A DNA stretch of 63,997 nucleotides, the filler included, from Dirinaria sp. TL-2023a (taxonomy: Eukaryota): assembly GCA_051941275.1 (NCBI GenBank). It is 12 parts of 12 records of this genome, joined end to end, with 100 filler letters (N's around TTAATTAATTAA, not from the genome) between each part and the next. Parts side by side here need not be neighbours in the genome. Positions count along the whole stretch, not along the records: positions 10,795 to 16,080 come from JAVEBF010001691.1; positions 16,181 to 21,460 come from JAVEBF010001692.1; positions 21,561 to 26,836 come from JAVEBF010001693.1; 9 more parts are not named here. One strand, 5' to 3'. The notes below the pieces were generated by a model, which was not told the DNA's origin, ran no database searches, and was given only the letters and a program-made list of their open reading frames with translations. Made by a program: the position numbers and the translations under genes. Below, piece after piece: positions 11,179-24,318 of the stretch (positions are counted from its first letter, which is position 1; each line of letters begins with the position of its first letter).

Positions 11179-13699
11179 TTACAGCTGATACCATGGGTCC
11201 ATGGGACCCAGATCCCCATCCCCGGCATCCATCATCATCGTATTCAGACCCCACTCCCAGACCATGTCGTCGTCCAGGGGAGGCATAGGCATGATCAAGC
11301 CATCGTCGTCGTTCTGATCCAGTTGACTCTGCGGCACCGCCGGCAGCGGCGGTGCTAGCTGTGATGATGATGATGATGATGATGGGAACTGCCAATCTCC
11401 ATTCACGGCGATCGCAGGAGGATCCTGCACCGAACGCTGATTGTTGGCCTGATTATCATGCAGCTTGAGATTCGCGATCGCATTATTATTCTCCGGATCC
11501 GGCTGGAGAATATCGTGCTCGTTGGTGAGAGCGGGTGTACGCTCGCGATCGACGTCGCGGTCCGGCAAGGGTTTCGTGAGATCGCTGCTGTAGCTCCTGC
11601 CCCCCCGTTCGGCTTTGAGTACGGCGATCTTCTGCATCGCGTCGTAGAACAGGCTGGCGCCCATCCGGCTCCTGAGGCGCGCTTCCGGCGGCAGTTTGCG
11701 GTGGCCCGACGCGTGCCATTTCCCTAGTAGTTCTAGGTTGTAGGCCAACCGTGCCCATTGGTTTCTCGGGTTGTTCAGGGAGCAGCGCGTGAAGAGCGTG
11801 TGTGCGTCTCGGATGTGGTTCATGCATCGCACGCGGTCTTCTTCCATGGGGTTGGGGTAGGAGGAGAGGAAGAGGTAGAGCGTCGCGACTGCGTAGTAGA
11901 GGCTGAAGAAGTATGGTTTGGGGTAGTGGATTTGGGGAGGGGCGTGGGAGTTTGGGGTCTGCCGCGGGACTTCTTTATATGTGTGGATGATCGAGATCGC
12001 GGTCTGCATTGCTTCGTGCATGATCTGGCGAAGCGATGCCAGTGGCTGGGACGCATCGTTGCTTGCCCAGTAGTGGGTTTCGCCCTGGAACGGGAAGGAC
12101 CAGCCGTAAGTGAATAGTTTGGCGGCCAGGTACTGCATTTCGGTTGCTGTGCTCCAGCCGCCCTTGGACGTATACCGCAGGTTTTCCAGGTCGAATTTCC
12201 AGTCCCTGACGCCCGCGATCCGGGATAGTGCCGTGTCGTCGCTTTGCTCCTGAAGCGCGACGGAAGCTTTGGCGACGATTCTTTGAATTTCGGTCTGCGT
12301 TGCCAGGTCCGGATCTGAGGTCAGATACTCGTGGCTAAGCCGGGATATGGTTTGAAAATCTGACTGTTTTCCAATAAGTGGTGGCACCCCCATGCATTGG
12401 CTCATACTGGGCTGAAGTCAGCAGTCTGAGATACCGGGATCTGAACATCTGCCGGCTCTAGCAGAATAGCAATTGGAAATCAAGCCTCAGAAGTCACTGG
12501 GCCATAGGCTTTTGGTGTGTGTCAAGAAGTCTTGGTCCAAACGGCCATACTTACATTGTCGTGAACCGGAACAGATGGAGCCATGTCTTTTTCCGCAATT
12601 CTATCTCGCGTAGTGTGAGGTTTGGGAAGCCAAACTCCCGCTCGTCCCCGGGCCGATGTAGTCCAATAGCCACTGCCGCGTTGGTGATCATACCCAGAAA
12701 ATTCCAAGATGGGTCTTGTGATTGCAGAGGTGTAGGTAGTGGCCAGTGACACAGTATCAAAATCGCTTGTATGGTAGGTAAGGAGTGCATTGGCCGGACA
12801 AGGTAAGTTGAGAGCAATTGCTCATAATGAGCGATCAAGGGTTTATAGAGTGAGCAATGTTCATGGTGATATCGACATGAGGTCACAATTATTGTCCAGA
12901 ATAGGAGCCGAGACCGGCTTTTCAGCTCCACTAGAGACAATGTTGTATCTAGCTCTGGGCAATGGGAATAGTAGTTAAGGTAAAAGCTAGACTTGTTGTG
13001 AGCTGGGACATTGAAGGTTCATAGCATAATCTCACTGTTCGAAGAGCTGTACGGAGGCACTGCCCGATAACGTAGCATCACCTATAAAGTTGTGATGTCA
13101 GCGTTTGATGATGGATTTACTGAATTCGAAGCTCTACCAAGGGTTTCATCCTCAAGAGTCAAGGCGGAGAAGTCTGGATGGCCAATCCCAAAAAAATTGT
13201 CACTATGATTAGCGCAGGAACCTGAAGATGGCTGGTAAGTCGACAGCTGAGGCACAGCATCGGGGGTCATTGAACGAGAGTCGTAGGCCGTTTCAGATAT
13301 CTGAGATTTCTCAGACCCAGCGCTGGATCTCAGTGCATGCTGCAAATTATTGACTTCTGCAGTAAGCTCCTGCAACTTGCTGCCCACGTGTCAATTCCCA
13401 TGGTTGCGGGGCTTCCAAGTAGGACCTACTGTCTAGTCGGTACCCGTTTGAAGTTGGCATCCATCCTGCAATCAAGGCTTCTGCTCTGACATCGTGAGCA
13501 GGGGGCCGGAAACGTCTCCGCAGAGTCGCATCGCAACTACCGCTGCTGTCAGTACCTTTTGATAGCCAATGAAACAGGTTACGCCTACTTTGACTTGGCG
13601 ACAGGATGTGCATGCCTTAGCTCGACTGGTACTGTTCCTCGCGACATCACCGGGGGATGGTTGACTAGTCTTTCGAATTGACGGTGCAGATTGAGACAT
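11179..13699 (-). CDS. Zn(II)2Cys6 transcription factor, Sef1/Leu3-like, multi-exon
   Basis: The spliced zinc cluster reads CTSCRQVK|LRCDSAETFPAPCSRCQSRSLDC. The middle homology region contains SRLLFWTIIVTSCR, IQAILILCHWPLP, AIGLHRP and RKKTW. Internal exon boundaries are approximate. Confidence 0.88.
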
Positions 13700-16180
13700 T
13701 CTGGAGACATGCGTTTTAGAGAAGAGACATGGAAACAGAAGCCAGAAGCATGAACGAGACGGCAAGCGTATTTCAGCCTTGAAAATCGTGGCTGTAATTT
13801 GGCTGCAGAGACATTACAGGATGAAAACCCTATTATAGTAGTACGAGCACTGTGACAGGGAGACGTGATTTTGCGAGCCCGACCACTTCTCTAAGGCATC
13901 AGGCCATATAAGGTAAAATCACATTACAGATGCGACGGAAATATGGGTGCATCGTTAGTACTTCGCCATGCAACACGACCAGCTACAAATACTCGCAACA
14001 AATACTGAGTGAAACTCGTGCGGCTGATGCCAAGCCAAATTTACCGGCGCTAGCAAGGATAGGGGCCAGGCTTAGGGCTTCTACAGTGGTGATACTTCAC
14101 TGTACCTAAGGTACGGTAGGTTACTGTATTTAGCTCCCCTATTGTAGACGGGATTTGCGGTATACGTCATACCTCGTGGGAGTTGATGAATCAATAGAAA
14201 GGTCGCAGCCTTCAGTCGAAATATATTCATTCCAGAAACTTCAGTCCAGCGTGTGGATGACGGCAGCTGCCTCGCCTGAACCATTGTTTCTGGACGCTCA
14301 CAAAACAAGTATTCCACCCAAAATCCTATGAATCCAGGAACTAAGTCAGGAAACGTTGTTAATTTTGGTATATTGACTATGACTGCATGGTCTGCACTCC
14401 AACGACCCCTGTGCTCGGTTTGGGCTTCACCCGGGCAAAGTCGATAAAAGCATTTGTTTGTCTTAGCTTATAGACCTGTACACTGTACAGTACTACTATT
14501 GTGGAAGAATCAAGCAGTAGGCTATAGATTTAAATACTTATATTGAGAATGAGCTCATCAAGAACCGCTGCAAAAAGAGCAATATCAGTCCTCAGATTGT
14601 TGGTGCTATCACTAGCGAGATCTCATGTTAGAATTCCACTTCAAGCAAGCTCAAAAGTATCTCGATTGCGGAGCAGGACTCCATCGGTCGCAAGTAGGTC
14701 CAAGATTATTTTCGTCGAAGGCTGCTCCATATTCAGACTTCGACGGAGATCAACCCCTTGAAAGGTCTCCTGCGTACCTGCTCATGAGTCTTCTGGAGAC
14801 CTGCTAATATAGACTAAGTCAGGCAGACTGAAAATCAGCGCAAAATTTCAAGCTTAGGGTGGGCTGGAAAGATTAAGCATCTCCGCACCTGCTGAAGAAA
14901 TGCACCGGCGTATAGCTGACTCGTATTGGCCGGTGCCATGCCTTAGCTCACTCGGACCGACGGTTTCCAGAGTCGGCTATCGATGTAAAATGATCCAAGG
15001 CGAAGCCATGTGCAGTCTCATGTACCATCTCAAAGCCGCAATCCAAGGGTAATTAATCCGATCCAGAATACGGACTGTTCTTGGCTGCATGAAATGAAGA
15101 CCGGTTGTGATGAGCTGGGATTGCAAGCGGTAAGACTGGCTCAATGCGATCTCGGAAGTGAAGAAGCTCGAGCGCGAAACAGACTGCGAGAGCAAATCCG
15201 CAGAGGAGTAGAGCGAGCAAGATTGTGGCAATGGAAGGAGGATTTGAATGAGCGCTTGCAAGTGCGACGAGCCCGATTCTATCTTGGTCCATGTTGTGTC
15301 GGAGTGGACTGCTGTGCAATGCTCTCAGCTTGCGTAGAACTCGATCAAAAAAGACTCAATGAACATGTAGCAGAGAGAAACAGAATAATTCTCCGCTTGC
15401 AAAACGCTGTACTTTGATGCGGTATAAGTGCGAGTTCCACGATTTCGCCGAATCGCTCGGCAGCCCGAATTTCGCAAATCCTTCAATTTTTCCATCAAAC
15501 CGCTGTGTTTCTCGAAATAGCAAGCAAGGCCTTGAACAGCGCAGCTTTCCCTGAAACACTTGCTTCGCCATCGCAGCTCATTGTGTACGAGAGCAGAGAT
15601 TCTGGATCACAGCATAAGTCCCAGCTAGCGCGATGTCTGCATCTAATTCGATCAGCAGGACATTGCCCGGAGGAGCACCCACAATGATCACGCCTGAAGA
15701 ACCGTATTAAATGACCAGTGTGACTTTCGCAGTGTGTGTATGAGTGAACAAAGACTCTATGACAGTGGCGAGACGCAGCGAGCTAGCTTTCATTCCGAAT
15801 TATCAATGGGAGTTAAGTCTCTATTCTCGTTGACTGGTACTGCGGTTGCGCAGCTTAATTTTTCGTCAAAAAGCTCGAGCTGACAATTCACAAAGAGAAA
15901 GTAAGAGGAAAAGAACAGCCCGTCATGTATCCAATTCAAAACTTTCATAGATGAAAGAGTCGTCGAATTATGAAGATGTTGCAGTCTTTGCGAAGATGAT
16001 TTCAGAGAAATACGAAATGATAATACGTGCGTGTCAATCGATCTCTGAGCGATGCACAAGAGTGGCTGTCAAACTGAAAGNNNNNNNNNNNNNNNNNNNN
16101 NNNNNNNNNNNNNNNNNNNNNNNNTTAATTAATTAANNNNNNNNNNNNNNNNNNNNNNNNNNNNNNNNNNNNNNNNNNNN

Positions 16181-18930
16181 GTCTAACCCACCACCACCTC
16201 CTCCTCTGAGTTTCGGACCCCCCTGCCCACTATCCACATATCCATCCATCTCCCCTCGTCCTCCTTGGCCCATCATCCCATCAACAACAACATCGTCAGC
16301 ATCATCCTCATCCTCCTCTTCGCCTTCAGAATCAGTAGTCACTTTCCCCGGCCCCACGGGCTGCGAGGCTGCTGCTGCTCCGGGCTGCGAGCGTTGAGCC
16401 TGGTAATGGTGGCCTTCGTTGGCTCGGTGCGCGTACGGATTCTGGTTCAGGGGAGTGGGCGCTTGCTGGGTGCGCATGAAATCGGCGTATAGCTTTCCAT
16501 TCTCGCCATCGGGGTAGCCAGGGCCAGGACCGGCAGTGCCGTTCCGAGAGCTTGGGCCACTACCGTAGGGGGAGCCGTTGATGGTGGTAGTGGTGGTGGT
16601 GGGTTGGTGGTGGTGCGATCTTTGTCTTTCTGCCATGATGTTCCTCCGCCCTTCCGCTGTATTGTTCACGTGCCTAACGCTGGGATCTTCTTTCTCGTAT
16701 TCGCTCGGTGTGCTTGGGATCTCGTGCGGTCGGTCAACCCCGAATCGGTGGGTTATTGCCCGATCCCTCGATGGTAATGTGCCTGTCACCTGTTCATTCT
16801 CTACCATAATTACCATCCACACCCCGACCTGATCATCACTGCCCAGCAGAGGAGTGCAGCTGATATATCTCGTCCTGCCGCCATCCGCTGCGCCTCTGCC
16901 ACCGCGGCTTCCGGGGCGAGAGTAGTCACTAGCGCCGTCCTCTGAGCGGCCTTGAGGTAGCCATGTTATTTTTGCGGTGACGGATTCCCCTGATTCAAAG
17001 GCTTCCATGAGGCCGTCGCGAACGTGGGAGGGACCACCAATACGGGAGAGGAAGGGGGTTTGCAGGAGACCTGGGATGCGGAGTGCAGGAGAAACGAAGA
17101 TTATACGAAGGGAGGGAGCCGGGCGTACAAGAAGGTACTATCCAATTTCTGTCAGCCTATTCCGCGTATCGGTGGAGATTGTATGCGGAAGAAGATGACC
17201 TACGTTCTGATACACGCCCGGCAACTTGCCGGACGGCCCTGAGGACGAGAGGGTCCAGTCCCTCCCGCTATCCATCTCCTCATCTTCATTACCTAGCAGC
17301 CTTCTCCTTAATGGCTCTCGTTGGCTCCTTCCGGCCCCGTAGCCACCTCGTATACTACCTCTTTCACTGTCCCTATCATGAAAAGAACTCGTTCTACTGT
17401 GCGCACTTTGTTCCAAGACCGAACTCTCATCTACACTCAGCATTTGCCCAAATTCACCCAGCCGTTTCAGACTTTTCTTGTTTGGCGTATCAGACTCTCC
17501 ACTGTCACGTTCCCTTTGAGCGCGGTCGTTAAGAGTCCGTTCAAAGGAATCTAACCCCCGGCCGTCCTCTATCAGCCCTGAGATGTCGACTTGCGCGCCA
17601 ATGATGTAGCGCACGTTACCGCGATTATCATATAAAGGTGCGGTCATGAGTAGGTTCATGAAGGGTTCACCACCCCGACGACTGCAGAACAAGCTATGTC
17701 AGTAGGTAGAAAGTCTCGGTGGAGGGTAGACCTACTAATTCAATATCGTTTCACTAGCATCTTGTCCCCCTTTGATATTGGCGGCAAGTCTGGAAACAGC
17801 TCCCTTGTTCGTTTTCGGGCCTTGCAAGAAGCGACAATTCTTTCCTATTACATAGTCTCTACCGTATTGCGTTGTCCGATAAAACTCTATTTAAGTCAGC
17901 ACTGACTCTCCCCTCGCTATTGGACTCGTGCGGGCATACCTTCGCTAGCATATACAATAGGAGTATCCTTTTGATTAGGATCAGCCAAACAGAAGACCTC
18001 AGCCAAACCCCCAACAAGCTCTCTCATCAGCGGCATAGTCGTGCCAGTTATTTCTCTCACCATACTTTCTGTGACTACTTTCACCAAGCAAAATGTAATA
18101 TATGCAGGCAATGCGTCATTGACCAGTGTTTCAAATGACTTCCTCGACCTTTCTTCAAACACCGCATCGACTACTGCAGCAGTGTTGGGTACCTTATTTT
18201 CCTCTTCTCCTGGCAATGGTTTCAGACTTTCTGCCAACGCATTTGCATATTCTACCGCTTTAATAGCCTTCTGCGCCTCAAGATATCTTACAAGTATAGG
18301 GGAATATGCTGGTTTGTAGCGGTTGAGGAAAGCAGTGAATCGCATGAAGAACGTGGGATCGCGGAGTATGGTTTGGAGGTGGTCTTCAGAGAAGAGGCGT
18401 TCGGAGAGTGTGTCCAAAAGTTTGACAGGTTTCCTCGGGGGAGGAGGATGCAGATCAAAGTTTGGAGCGCCTTCGGCTTGCGCTTGTGGTGAAGGCATGG
18501 TGGCCTCTGGAGAATTTTGCCCTTCGTTGATCGTTCTGGGGGGAACCGGGAAGCCCTCGGCCAAAACTGTAGGCTCATCTGATGCGCGCGGTGACGTGGG
18601 TCGTTCAGTCTTGAGCTGCGGAGCGACCCCCTGGTACTCGAGCGTTCGCATTGCAGGAGTGCTCTTCTTGCGCGGCAGCCGAGGAACGACTGCTTTTTCC
18701 TGGTTTGCATTATCCGGGGGATGTTGCTCTGAAGCAGAAGCCGAGCGACCGCTTTTGGTTCTTTTAGCTTCTTGCCTTTTATGGATTCCATTCTTTATCC
18801 GTCCTATGTCAAGGCCAACATCGAAGACCCGGCGAGACATAATCGGGTCTGGCTCTGCCGTAGGACAAATATGATTGAAAATCAGTAAAGAATCTGCGAA
18901 GATATCTGTAGGATCTTCCGCGGGTGGCAT
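16181..18930 (-). CDS. LOV-domain blue-light photoreceptor with an N-terminal RGS-like helical domain and a C-terminal PAS-like domain (fungal LOV3/RGS-LOV class), 3' truncated
   Basis: Exons 18930-17940, 17886-17736, 17681-17204 and 17137-16181 give GLAEVFCLADPNQKDTPIVYASE|EFYRTTQYGRDYVIGKNCRFLQGPKT..ILNY|RRGGEPFMNLL..YIIGAQVD, then YQN|YLLVRPAPSLRIIFVSPALRIPG..CTPLLGSDDQVGVWMV. The true start may be the ATG at 18840. Confidence 0.92.
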
Positions 18931-20895
18931 AAAACTCAGGTGGAATTGTCGACGAGAAGAAGAACCGCGCCACCGCAGATGACGGGCATAGGACCTGCGA
19001 AGGCAAAAAAAAAGACAAGCTCGGCCAACGAGAGGAAGGAGGACAGGGAGCAGGGAAGGAAAAGCGAGTACTAGGCCGAATGGTCTAGAGTAACTGTGAA
19101 TAGAGAAGCACTATCCGAATTGGGTAAGAGAGCACAGTGAAGATACTGCGTAGAAAAACGTGGTCTTAGCTGTCAACCGTTGAACCGGTGCTTCAGCGCA
19201 GCTGGCGTCGTTAAGCTGCTGCACAAGACAAGTGAGATGGCGCGGGAAGATGTGAGATGGTGTTCTGGCAGTCGATGCATGTGTCCGATGAGGTCGAGAA
19301 GCATAATCGAGGGCTGGAATTGCGGTCGACGATTGGAGACAGGCATGGCGATAATAATGACGATTGGCATTGGGCGGCATGATGATGCTGAGATCTTGCT
19401 AGGCCGTAGGCTAACAGGGCGGGATCTCGAGCCTGCACACTTTGATCTGCAGCCTTAAGAAATCCATCCTCGTGGATCTGCCGAGTATCCTATCGGAGTG
19501 TATCGGGATTGGCTGAAGCTTGAGGGAAGCTTTAGACACCATCGTTAACTATCTTTTTCCTAGCTTTGTACAGTAGCTTAGAGGCAATGGTGTAGTAATA
19601 AATGACAACTGATAAGAGCCATGACGAGGAAATGGAACAGAGAACTTTTTAGAGCCTCTTCACGAGTAATGAACATCAATGGAAACTCCCAGCCTTTCCC
19701 ATGTTCTCGTGACCGGTTCTGCTATTCGTGCCATCGGGTGCTGCCTCTCATCGGGGATCTCTATGCAGAAAAAGGCAGATCAAGTTCTGACGTCAACCAG
19801 CCAACCAACCGCGGCGTCTGATTAAAGTGGCCTTTCTAGGGTTGTTAAAGGGTTCTAATCATGCCATCCACCTCAGGTATGGTTGTTCTTGCAGCTTGGT
19901 TAATCCCGGTCAACGAAATGTCACACTGTCAACGACAAGGCACTTTACTATACCTTACTCCTCAATACATTGTATCTACATATCCCTAAAAAAATGCGAA
20001 ACGCGAGCATTCCATGTGCTGTCTGAACCAGCCCAGTTTCCCCCCACAAGGTATTTATCTTACCGCATTCGGTTTCCGAATGCACACACTCAGGGTGTAA
20101 CTCAATACCTACCCTCCGATACAGACCCAGAAGGTAAATGTGAAAAGCGCTCATCTCATTCGTCCGACAGATTTAAAACAGCGACAATAGCAAAAAAGCC
20201 CGACAATAGTAAAACTATAGGTACTGTAACAGTCCCTCGCCAAGCGAGCGCCTTAGCGCCCGGCTTCAACATCATCCCCAAACCAAATTCGAACAACAAT
20301 AGCAACGCAACCTCCTTCAATAACCAACCCCCCCTTGGCTGAACCATGTAATCGGGCGGGCGAGAGGCAGCGTAGCCTGCTGAGGAGAGAAAACAACCCG
20401 ATAATTTTTTGAGCGGGGAGGGGGTCACCTATTTCATTGGAAGTGGGAGTTTGCTAGCCACACACATCCAGGGAAACGGATGTGTGAGCTCAACAATAAC
20501 AACAGCTGGTCCCCATTGACAATAGCAAGCGGACTAGCGTGGGTCCGAGATTCGGTATTCAGTGCGTCATTCTTCTGCTTTCCAATGAAGGGGATGAAAA
20601 ATGCGGGCTTGCTGTTGAGGCATTTTTTTCTTGCTTTTAAAATTCCCCTATTGCAGTATTATTATGGCTTGGTAAACGTGGCTGGTATTTTTCTGAGAGG
20701 GGATATATAATGTACATCTCTGCCCCATCTTCTTTCCCATCTTTTCATTTTCCATTTTCCCATTCTTCTGGTCTTGCTCAGTAGACGTGACCGTTGTCTT
20801 TCAATACTCAATACGCACTGCATACAATTCAACCCCGTCAACCGTACAATACCAACCCTCCTCTCTTCCCCAAACCAACCTCCCAACCAACCACA

Positions 20896-21460
20896 ATGGC
20901 CGCCTCCGCCTCGAAGCAAGAGCAGACCACCACCACCATCCCCTCATCCACCTCCGGTGCCGGCACCGACCACGCTCCAATCCCAACCCAGCCCATCACA
21001 CGACCCACCTCTCCAGCGCCAATAACAATAACAATCGACGCCTCGATCCGGATCGTAGGACACTGCAACACGGTCCACGTGCCCGGCTTGCCCTGCACAC
21101 CTCCCCATGGTACGAGATCCGCCGAGCCCGGTTCGCCGCCACTGGACCTACAATCCCCGCTCGGCCCGACCGACTGGGAGAAGATTCTCAGCGGCAAACC
21201 GTCCAGGGAGCCGAGCCCCTCCTGCCCGGAGCAGCCATACAGCCCGCTCTTTTTCCCACTAGGCCCATTTTCGAAGGATATTGCGGTCAGAGCGGACAAG
21301 GCGGAGAAGGCAGGCGAGAAATTCGAGTTTAAGCTCGAGACCGGGGTCCGTATTTGCGGGTCGAAGAATTTGGTCGTGGTTGGTGCCGCTGCTGGTGGGG
21401 GAAAGCCGCTGCGGCAGGTCGCGGGGGAGAAGAGGAAGGCTGAAGGGGTGAGTCCGGGGA
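20896..21460 (+). CDS. Hypothetical fungal protein, truncated at the contig end
   Basis: ORF from ATG 20896 with two related beta-rich segments (ITITIDASIRIVGHCNTV and FKLETGVRICGSKNLVVVG) and a basic GEKRKAE tail; GC3-rich codons. Confidence 0.6.
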
Positions 21461-21560
21461 NNNNNNNNNNNNNNNNNNNNNNNNNNNNNNNNNNNNNNNN
21501 NNNNTTAATTAATTAANNNNNNNNNNNNNNNNNNNNNNNNNNNNNNNNNNNNNNNNNNNN

Positions 21561-21743
21561 TTAAGGGGTTTTGCACTATACCCTCCTAGGCGTGTTACCC
21601 GCATACCCGACCCCCTATTTGTTGCTTGCACCTCCTGTACTTATACTTCTGCTTCTTCTGGTTTTTTCCTTCTTTTCTTCCTTATACTTAGTGTCCTAGT
21701 CAAATAGTACCCACATGCTATGTTCGCTGTGCAGGCCCTGACA
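21561..21743. mobile_element. Possible LTR end or repeat remnant at the contig edge
   Basis: The segment ends in ..GGCCCTGACA (TGTCAGGGCC on the minus strand, an LTR-like TG..CA terminus), is rich in TA dinucleotides and stops, and sits at an assembly break. No second copy is in the window. Confidence 0.2.
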
Positions 21744-21890
21744 AATCGCTCTGTATCCAGTCAGAATTCTTTAAGTCCTACAACTTGTGATCTTGGTCCA
21801 TCACCCTAAAGTCTACATCACTTTCGTAATTAAGCCAAGACAGACCCTATGCTAACCGATATCATATGAATACAGACTAGACAATTGTTA

Positions 21891-23562
21891 TTACTCTAGC
21901 CGGACCCCACCTTCATCATCGGAGACTTCTGGAGAATCGGACTGAATTCGAAACCCTACTCTGTCGGTCGTATCTGAGAGATTGAGGTCGATCGCTGCTC
22001 AGACCGTGTTGTCAGTTATTTCACCGATAGCGGTTGTACGCGTGGCACATGTCACTAACCGTCAAGGTTCGGACCATCTACTGACAGCGCACTTAATGAC
22101 GGACTGGCCTGAGAAGCAGCCGTTTTAGATGCCGACGTCATCCCAGCTGTTGAGTCGGCGTGGTAAGGGAAACGGGAGGTGCGATTCTCGATGTCAGTAG
22201 CCAGGTCTCGTCGGATCCATTCAATCAATTTCAACATGATTCGCTTCTGAAATGTTTGTCGTCCTTCAATGCTCTGGTCACTTTGGTTTATGTCCGGCGG
22301 CCGCCATCCCACATACAGCTTTTGGTGTGATGGAGGCGCAGCATAGCGTCCAGGATGACAGTTGATATATGCATAGCACAAATAGCATGCAGGCTTGCTA
22401 CATCCGATGTACTTGTCATTACCGTCCAAGAAATGGCATCCGTGTCTGTCGAAATGATCTATCAGGAGCAACTCTGCATGGACTCGAGTCTTGGTGTTAT
22501 GCTGGCTGTGTAAAAGCTCGGATAACTCGCAAGGGTCCCAGATTGATCCAAGTCTGGCCATGAACCTGGTCTGTTCCTCGACAGTGGAGTACATGCGATG
22601 GATAGTGCTCTCAATTGTAGCCTCCTTGGACGTCAAGGGCAGCTTTTGTTCCTTTGCGGAAGGCAATCTCTCAATGCGAAATCCTCCAGCGAAATCTTGT
22701 GCGAGGGATACAGCTGCCTCGACTAGCTTCTTCGCAATGTGGACGTGTTTCCCGAGCTTACAGAGCAGCTTAAATAACTGCTCAAACTCCGAACGGCGGC
22801 TTTCGCCTAGTCCGGCAAAGCGTTTCAGAATATCGAAAGAGGGACTTCTCCGCTTCTCATAGCATGACCGTACAATCATTTGATGTTGGGAAACGTCAGG
22901 CGCGGTAGAAGAATCATCGATGAAAGTCTCACGAAGCCATCCCACAAGGTCATCAAGGTGAGATTGGCCTTCCCGGGCGGCGTGGTCTGGTGAGCAAAAC
23001 TCTTAGCGCAAGCAGGCATCGGACATTGAAAAGCAGACATAGACACTGTATTTGACGTACCAGTTCTCATAGGTCCACTGCTGATGGTATCCAAGCATGC
23101 TGGAGCATACTTACGCGCCACCTGTTCGTAATACGTTTGGATCCGAGGAGCATTAAAGGCTACTATCCTAGATGTCAGATCTTCTAGCATCTTCTCACCT
23201 TCCAGTTGTCTGTCTTCCCTATCATCCAGCTCCGCAATATGTTGAACATCCGACAAAATCATTCCCAGGAATCGAGTGACTTCCACTCCGATATTTTCAT
23301 TGGCCGCGAGCCATACCAGTATGCCTTCTGGCGTCTGTTCGAGGGCTGCGGCAGTAACACGACGCGGACCTTTCTCGTATGCGCAGATGTAGGCAATTCC
23401 ATCCACAAACGATCGCCGTAATTTGTGGATACTAGGACTAATGCTGTTCGTATCGCTTTCGGGTTTAATCCTTTCCCCTCGTATTTGACCGAGAGCATTC
23501 AGGAGCAACAAAGGCTCATAAAATCGTCGTAGGACCTTGCGACTTACTGCGGCCTGTTTCAT
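21891..23562 (-). CDS. OTT_1508-like nucleic acid/nucleotide deaminase (OLD-like)
   Basis: Exons 23562-23061, 22986-22060 and 21994-21891. The Zn-deaminase motifs are RVHAELLL (HAE at 22480-22472) and YIGCSKPACYLCYAY, followed by SHQKLYVGWRPP. The N-terminal RFYEPLLLL..RRSFVDGIAYIC..VTAAALE..WLAAN pattern is typical of the fungal family. Confidence 0.88.
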
Positions 23563-24318
23563 TGTGTCGCTTGAGCCGTCAACGATGGGAAGCTTCAAAT
23601 CAAGTCATGTCACGAAGGCTGAATTAGTTCTTAGTGCTGCTGCCAGAAGTGATGCTGTACAATATTTCTGACGTTACCGCCCGGCACGTATACACAATGA
23701 CAGCTTTCCCCGGAAGATATATACTAAACAACGGTATTTTTCAGGTGAATCGAGTTGGAGCAAGCCAGGCCACGATGTTTACCTGGTAGTTTGCATTTTG
23801 ATAATGTCATTAGATGGGTCTCTGGAAGACTGGCAAGCTACATCACTTGAAAGGTTGAATGGCACAGACAAAGGTCTGTTCTGCATGGTTCAATTTAAGG
23901 CCGCCATGCACGTCTGTCTGCTTTAGGATTCGAGGTTGCAATCAGAATCACGCCATATCAATTCCCGCAACCCCTCTTTGCTTTCATTATCGGGCATCTT
24001 GCAGCTCAGTGCAGCCAATCAAGTGTTCGGTCAGGACAGTAAACACCTCGGTGCTGGACCCAAGGCTGAACAATAGGATGCTGACCTACAAGCATGTGCA
24101 ATACGAAAGCAACCCTCCCAAGTCCATCCGATTGGCTGCATTAAGGATGGTATAAGGTTTTGAAAAAATGAGTCACTTTGGGTCCGGAGCGCTTGCCTTA
24201 CCGTTACAATAAGATGTAGAAATCTATTAATGCCAATTAGTGGTCTGGCACTAGACACCAAAAGTCATATCATCCTCAACACCTTCCCTATGGTCTAGAA
24301 CTCAAACTGCAGAACACC

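Noticed and set aside
11362..11383. (TGA)n microsatellite
   Set aside because: It encodes an ordinary poly-Ser tract in the transcription factor's disordered tail.
14521..16080. Short ORFs including 15010-15417 and 15951-16080
   Set aside because: No recognisable motifs and no convincing splice model; this could be a degenerate or lineage-specific gene.
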